A stretch of 64,000 nt of DNA, taken from NCBI GenBank assembly GCA_021812385.1, contig JAKANO010000007.1, forward strand, positions 12,512 through 76,511, given 5' to 3'. Numbering within the stretch: the stretch's first letter is position 1; the number at the start of each line of letters is the position of its first letter. The notes under the pieces were generated by a model, which saw nothing but the letters and a program-made list of their open reading frames with translations, ran no database searches and was not told where the DNA came from. The position numbers were made by a program, and so were the translations under genes. Source of the stretch: Pseudomonadota bacterium (lineage in GTDB: Bacteria; Pseudomonadota; Gammaproteobacteria; Burkholderiales; Thiobacteraceae). Shown here piece by piece: positions 59,490-64,000 of this stretch.

Positions 59490-61475
59490 TTACAGCACAC
59501 CCTTAACCGTGTTCACGACGTTCTCGACGGTGAAGCCGAAGTGCTTGAACAGTTCCGGCGCCGGTGCCGATTCGCCGAAGGTGTCCATGCCGACCACGCT
59601 GCCTTCCAGGCCGACGTATTTACGCCAGAAGTCGCTGACGCCGGCTTCGATCGCCACGCGCTTCATGCCTTTCGGCAATACGCTGGCTTTGTAGGCTTCG
59701 TCTTGGCGGTCGAATACATTTGTGCAGGGCATGGACACCACGCGTGCCGCGATACCTTGTGCTTGCAGCGCTTTTTGCGCTTCCATGGCCAGGCCGATTT
59801 CGGAGCCGGTGGCGATCAGTGCAACTTTCGCATCGGCGGCGTCGGACAGCACGTAGCCGCCTTTGCGGATGTCGGCGATCTGTTGTGCGCTGCGCTTCTG
59901 GAACGGCAGGTTTTGCCGGCTCAGGATATGGCTGCTGGGGCCGTTCTTGCGCTCCACGCTGAACGCCCAGCCCACCAGAGTTTCGGTGGTGTCGCAAGGA
60001 CGCCACACGTCCATGTTCGGCATCATGCGCAGGGTTGCGGTCTGCTCCACCGGTTGGTGGGTCGGGCCGTCTTCACCTAAACCAATGGAGTCGTGGGTGA
60101 ACACCCAGATCACGCGAATCTTCATCAGCGCCGCCATGCGCAGTGCATTGCGCGCATATTCCGAGAACATCAGGAAGGTGCCGCCGAATGGGATCAGGCC
60201 GCCGTGCAAGGCCATGCCGTTCATGATGGCCGACATGCCGAACTCGCGCACGCCGTAGCTGATGTAGTTGCCGACGCTGGTGGCTTTGACGTGGTGGCAA
60301 CCGGTCCAGTTGGTGAGATTGGAGCCGGTCAAGTCGGCGGAGCCGCCGAGAAATTCCGGCAATGCCGGCGCCAAGGCGTTGATGGCGATTTGCGAGGCCT
60401 TGCGCGTGGCGACGGTCTCGCCTTTTTCGTTGATGGCGGCGACGGCTTGGCTGATGTGGTCGTTCCAGTTAGCCGGCAGGTCGCCCTTGGTGCGGCGCTC
60501 GAACTCGGCGGCTTCGGCCGGGTATGCGGCCTTATACTCGGCGAATTTATTGCTCCACAAGGTTTCCAGGCCTTGGCCCTTGGTGCGGCAATCCCAACCT
60601 TCGTAAATGTCTTTTGGAATTTCGAACGGCGCGTGGGTCCAGCCCAAGTTCTCGCGCGTCGCTTTAACTTCGGCGTCGCCCAGTGCGGCGCCGTGCACGT
60701 CGTGCGTGCCTTCTTTATTCGGGGAGCCTTTGCCGATGACGGTTTTGCAAATAATCAAAGAAGGTTTGTCGGTGACGGCCTTGGCTTCTTGCAAGGCTTT
60801 ATCGACAGCTTCCGAGCTATGGCCGTCGACATTGCGGATGACGTGCCATTTATAGGCTTCGAAGCGCTTGCCGGTATCGTCGGTGAACCAAGCTTCGACG
60901 TGGCCGTCGATGGAGATGCCGTTATCGTCGTAGAAAGCGATCAGCTTGCCCAAGCCCCAGGTGCCGGCCAGCGCGCAAGCTTCGTGCGAAATGCCTTCCA
61001 TCATGCAACCGTCGCCCAGGAACACATAGGTGTGGTGATTGACGATTTCGTGGCCGGGCTTGTTGAATTGCGCGGCCAGCAGTTTTTCCGCCATCGCCAT
61101 GCCGACGGCGTTGGTGATGCCTTGGCCGAGCGGGCCGGTGGTGGTTTCAACGCCAGGCGCATAGCCATACTCGGGGTGGCCCGGGGTTCTGGAGTGCATT
61201 TGACGGAAGCGTTTCAGTTCGTCGATGGGCAAATCGTAGCCGGTCAGGTGCAGCAACGCATACAGCAGCATCGAGCCATGGCCGTTGGAAAAGACGAAAC
61301 GGTCGCGGTCAGGCCAATGCGGGTTGGCCGGGTTGTGGCGCAGGTTGTGATTCCATAAAACTTCAGCGATTTCGGCCATGCCCATAGGCGCGCCGGGGTG
61401 GCCGGAATTGGCTTTCTGTACCGCATCTACCGCTAGCATACGGATCGCATTGCATAATTCAGCACGAGTTGCCAT
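59490..61475 (-). CDS. tkt: transketolase
   Basis: 661 aa, [18 protein letters not shown], thiamine-PP motifs. Confidence 0.96.
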   Translation of the reverse strand: MATRAELCNAIRMLAVDAVQKANSGHPGAPMGMAEIAEVLWNHNLRHNPANPHWPDRDRFVFSNGHGSMLLYALLHLTGYDLPIDELKRFRQMHSRTPGHPEYGYAPGVETTTGPLGQGITNAVGMAMAEKLLAAQFNKPGHEIVNHHTYVFLGDGCMMEGISHEACALAGTWGLGKLIAFYDDNGISIDGHVEAWFTDDTGKRFEAYKWHVIRNVDGHSSEAVDKALQEAKAVTDKPSLIICKTVIGKGSPNKEGTHDVHGAALGDAEVKATRENLGWTHAPFEIPKDIYEGWDCRTKGQGLETLWSNKFAEYKAAYPAEAAEFERRTKGDLPANWNDHISQAVAAINEKGETVATRKASQIAINALAPALPEFLGGSADLTGSNLTNWTGCHHVKATSVGNYISYGVREFGMSAIMNGMALHGGLIPFGGTFLMFSEYARNALRMAALMKIRVIWVFTHDSIGLGEDGPTHQPVEQTATLRMMPNMDVWRPCDTTETLVGWAFSVERKNGPSSHILSRQNLPFQKRSAQQIADIRKGGYVLSDAADAKVALIATGSEIGLAMEAQKALQAQGIAARVVSMPCTNVFDRQDEAYKASVLPKGMKRVAIEAGVSDFWRKYVGLEGSVVGMDTFGESAPAPELFKHFGFTVENVVNTVKGVL

Positions 61476-61705
61476 TACATGACTCCTTTTAGTATCTATT
61501 GCGAAATCTTGCCCGCCGACGGAAAAGCGCCACCGGGTCGAATGCTGTGTTGCTTGAGGAACTTCGGGGTTTTACAGCCGGTTCCAGCTTGTTCGCCCCC
61601 TTTTGTTTTTATTAAGGGTTTTTATTGGGTAATTCAGGCTTGGTCGGCAGATTTGGCCAAGCGGGAGCGAGTTTTAGCGAAAGCTAAAATTATCCCCTAG
61701 ATCGT

Positions 61706-61736
61706 GAATTCTTGGCAACAGAAGAATTGATAAGAT
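61706..61736. promoter_or_regulatory. candidate CbbR-type operator upstream of tkt operon
   Basis: Inverted repeat tgaattctt-ggcaaca-gaagaattga. gcaacagaagaattgataagat matches the cbbL-cbbR region boxes. About 230-260 bp upstream of the tkt start. Confidence 0.4.
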
Positions 61737-61775
61737 GTTTCAATAGCTTGTAAAACAAAATGGATGGGTGGAGGG

Positions 61776-62564
61776 TTACTGCTTGGCGCGTATCCAATCG
61801 CGCCATTGGCGAAAAATGGCTTGATCCGAAGCGCAAATGACCGAGCGCTGCCACGGATCGGCGGCCCAAAAGTCGTCGTTGTCCAGGGTACAGAGGGCTC
61901 CGCCGGCCTCTTCTAAAATGAGCGCGCCGGCGGCGTAATCCCATAATTTTTGGCCGCCATGGATATAAATATCGAGCCGGCCGGCCGCGACATAGCACCA
62001 GTCCAAGGCGCTGGAGCCGAAGTTGCGCTGCGAAACATAAGGCGGGTCAGCCGCCAAGGCGGCGGCCAGCTTGGGCTTCAGACGTTTCAAATCGACGCCG
62101 GCCATGGCGTGCTTTAGCCCTTCGGGCACGCGTGATTTGATCGGTAGCGATTCACCATTCAGAAACGCGCCCTTGCCGCGCTCGGCCCAGAATAATTCAT
62201 TGGCTTCAGGCGCATACACCACGCCCATGGTGGGGCGACCGCCTTGGTAAAAGCCCACGGATACGGCGAAATAGGGTAAACCGTTGGCGAAGTTGGAGGT
62301 GCCGTCCACCGGGTCCAGCACCCACAACCCGGCCTCGTTATGTTGCGCCCACAAGCTATGCTGTTCCTGCTGGGTCATTTCCTCGCCCAGCACCGGACAT
62401 TGGTTCAGTGCGTGCAAGCCTGCGCTGAGCGCATGCTGCGCCGCGGTGTCGGCTTCGGTCAGCACGCTGCCATCGACTTTGCGTTCGTGCGCGACTTTTA
62501 AGTAGCGCGGCACGATCTCGCGTTCGGCGACGGTTTTGACGATTTCGAGTAGATCTTTCAGCAT
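61776..62564 (-). CDS. inositol monophosphatase family protein
   Basis: 262 aa, WVLDPVDGTSNF and the C-terminal WDYAAG motif. Confidence 0.85.
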   Translation of the reverse strand: MLKDLLEIVKTVAEREIVPRYLKVAHERKVDGSVLTEADTAAQHALSAGLHALNQCPVLGEEMTQQEQHSLWAQHNEAGLWVLDPVDGTSNFANGLPYFAVSVGFYQGGRPTMGVVYAPEANELFWAERGKGAFLNGESLPIKSRVPEGLKHAMAGVDLKRLKPKLAAALAADPPYVSQRNFGSSALDWCYVAAGRLDIYIHGGQKLWDYAAGALILEEAGGALCTLDNDDFWAADPWQRSVICASDQAIFRQWRDWIRAKQ

Positions 62565-62610
62565 GCTTGTTCGGCTTCAGGTTCGGCTTCAGGCATCTGG
62601 CCGCTAGCGC

Positions 62611-63165
62611 CTATTCTTTCCATTTAATTGAACACCCCATGCTGGCAATCTGCTCCCGTGGCCCTTGCCCGGTCCGTGCGACTTGCAGCATGGCTTCGAA
62701 TAGGTCGCGGCGCGCGTCTTCCGGCGCGGTGTCTTTGCGCGAGGCATCGAGCCGGCCGCGGTATTGCAATGCGAGGTCTTTGTTGAAGCCGAAAAAATCC
62801 GGGGTGCAAACAGCGCCATACGCTTTGGCAACTTGTTGGCTTTCATCGTGCAGGTAGGGGAAGGGCAAGCCCCATTCCCGGACGATGTTTTTCATGTGCT
62901 CGAAATCGTCTTCCGGATACTGCGTGGCGTCGTTGGCATTGATGGCGACGCTGTGAATGCCATGCTGCAACAGTTCTTTGGCATCGCGCACGATGCGGCT
63001 GCGCACGGCTTTGACGTAGGGGCAATGGTTGCAGATGAACATCACCAGCAAGCCTTGCGGGCCGACCAAATCTTGCAGGCGATGGCGTTTGCCATCGGTG
63101 CCAGATAGATCGAAATCGGGCGCTTTCCATCCAAAATCGCAGAGTGGGGTTTGTAGGCTGACCAT
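62611..63165 (-). CDS. thioredoxin-fold (redoxin/AhpC-TSA-like) protein
   Basis: 184 aa, FDLSGTDGKRHRL..LLVMFICNHCPYV, CxxC in a redoxin context. Confidence 0.8.
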   Translation of the reverse strand: MVSLQTPLCDFGWKAPDFDLSGTDGKRHRLQDLVGPQGLLVMFICNHCPYVKAVRSRIVRDAKELLQHGIHSVAINANDATQYPEDDFEHMKNIVREWGLPFPYLHDESQQVAKAYGAVCTPDFFGFNKDLALQYRGRLDASRKDTAPEDARRDLFEAMLQVARTGQGPREQIASMGCSIKWKE

Positions 63166-63350
63166 GGGTATATTCTCGGAATTGCTTGCTGATGCAGTAT
63201 TTTCGCCTGCGCAGCAGCAGGATTACAAATGTATTGGACAGGCAAATTATCCATGACCGTTGTCCAGGAGCGTTGTAAAGTGCCATAGGAACCCGGCACA
63301 ATGCCTGGATGTTTCAGCCTTGCCTTAAAAATTAGTTCAAAGAGACTAAC

Positions 63351-64000
63351 ATGAAAAACCTATGCAACAGTATGTTGTGCTTGATTCTAGTTCTTTTTTT
63401 GCTCCCCAGTATCACTCAAGCGGAACCAGCGCCATTGCGGATCGGCATCTTGCCCACGCTCAGTCCGCGCTTATTGTTGAAGAATTATGAATACGTGCGC
63501 CGTTACCTGGCGCGGGAATTGCGGCAACCCATGATCTTGGGGACGGCCACCGATTTTAAAGCTTTTCAGAATCAGACCATGGCCGACCAATACGATGTGA
63601 TCGTGACCGCCGCGCACCTGGGACGTTTGGCGCAACGTGAAAAGGGCTGGCTGCCGCTTGCAACCTACCAACAAGCGAATCGCGCCCTGCTGCTGGTGTC
63701 GAATAATCTCCCCATCCATTCGGTACAGGACTTGCGCGGGAAAACCATCACCAGCTTGGACCCTATTGCCTTGGTGGTGATCCAGGGGCGGCAGTGGCTA
63801 TCCGACAAGGGCTTGCGACAAATCGACTATCACTATGTTAACGCGCCAGGTTTTACCAGCGCGGCACACGCGGTGGTGCAGCAAGAAGCGGCAATGGCCA
63901 TCATTTCCCCGGCGGGCTACAAGCAGCTGTCGGAAGCGCTGAGAAATGAAACGCATATTTTTCAGACATTGCCCGAGGTTCCGGCCTTGCTATGGTTGGT
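63351..64000 (+). CDS. PhnD-like ABC transporter substrate-binding protein, N-terminal part (open at window end)
   Basis: ATG 63351, signal peptide MKNLCNSMLCLILVLFLLPSITQA, then PLRIGILPTLSP...DVIVTAAH, typical of the PhnD/phosphonate-binding family. No stop before position 64000. Confidence 0.7.
   Translation, partial: MKNLCNSMLCLILVLFLLPSITQAEPAPLRIGILPTLSPRLLLKNYEYVRRYLARELRQPMILGTATDFKAFQNQTMADQYDVIVTAAHLGRLAQREKGWLPLATYQQANRALLLVSNNLPIHSVQDLRGKTITSLDPIALVVIQGRQWLSDKGLRQIDYHYVNAPGFTSAAHAVVQQEAAMAIISPAGYKQLSEALRNETHIFQTLPEVPALLWL

Overview
High-GC proteobacterial chromosomal window. The gene content fits a chemolithoautotrophic betaproteobacterium (Thiobacillus/Sulfuricella/Sideroxydans-like), but that is inference from gene content only. 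Left to right: (1) a sulfide/persulfide-type cluster on the minus strand (ArsR-rhodanese regulator, MBL-fold hydrolase, MFS transporter, two DsrE-like proteins, SHOCT protein); (2) a permease-fused hybrid histidine kinase plus a LuxR-type response regulator; (3) urea ABC transporter urtABCDE and urease ureDABCEFG-ureJ; (4) purC and cbbY; (5) an AT-richer insertion with a solitary OLD-family ATPase-TOPRIM nuclease, bordered by a relic of a cbbO 3' end; (6) form II RuBisCO cbbM-cbbQ-cbbO with divergent cbbR; (7) terC, htpX, a LysR regulator, yqhA and two hypotheticals; (8) form IA RuBisCO cbbL-cbbS-cbbQ-cbbO with divergent cbbR; (9) a Phd/ParE toxin-antitoxin pair; (10) a second AT-richer island (DUF2971-like protein plus PD-(D/E)xK nuclease-like protein); (11) a tight minus-strand cluster of NPPW methyltransferase, YajD HNH, NYN/OST-HTH, small acidic protein and a divergent metK; (12) a cellulose-synthase-like GT2 plus BcsS-like outer-membrane protein; (13) the Calvin/glycolytic operon tkt-gap-pgk-pyk-fba; (14) IMPase-family, thioredoxin-like and a partial PhnD-like binding protein. 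I saw no rRNA, tRNA, CRISPR array, transposase or integrase. The strongest non-genic signal is ten copies of long hairpin elements whose arms are tandem 7-9 nt units. They fill most intercistronic gaps of the three cbb operons. The best candidates for an undescribed system are the DUF2971-like/PD-(D/E)xK island (43.4-46.1 kb) and, more speculatively, the MTase-HNH-NYN-acidic-MetK cluster. All family assignments rest on motifs read by eye and remembered family patterns; no searches were run.
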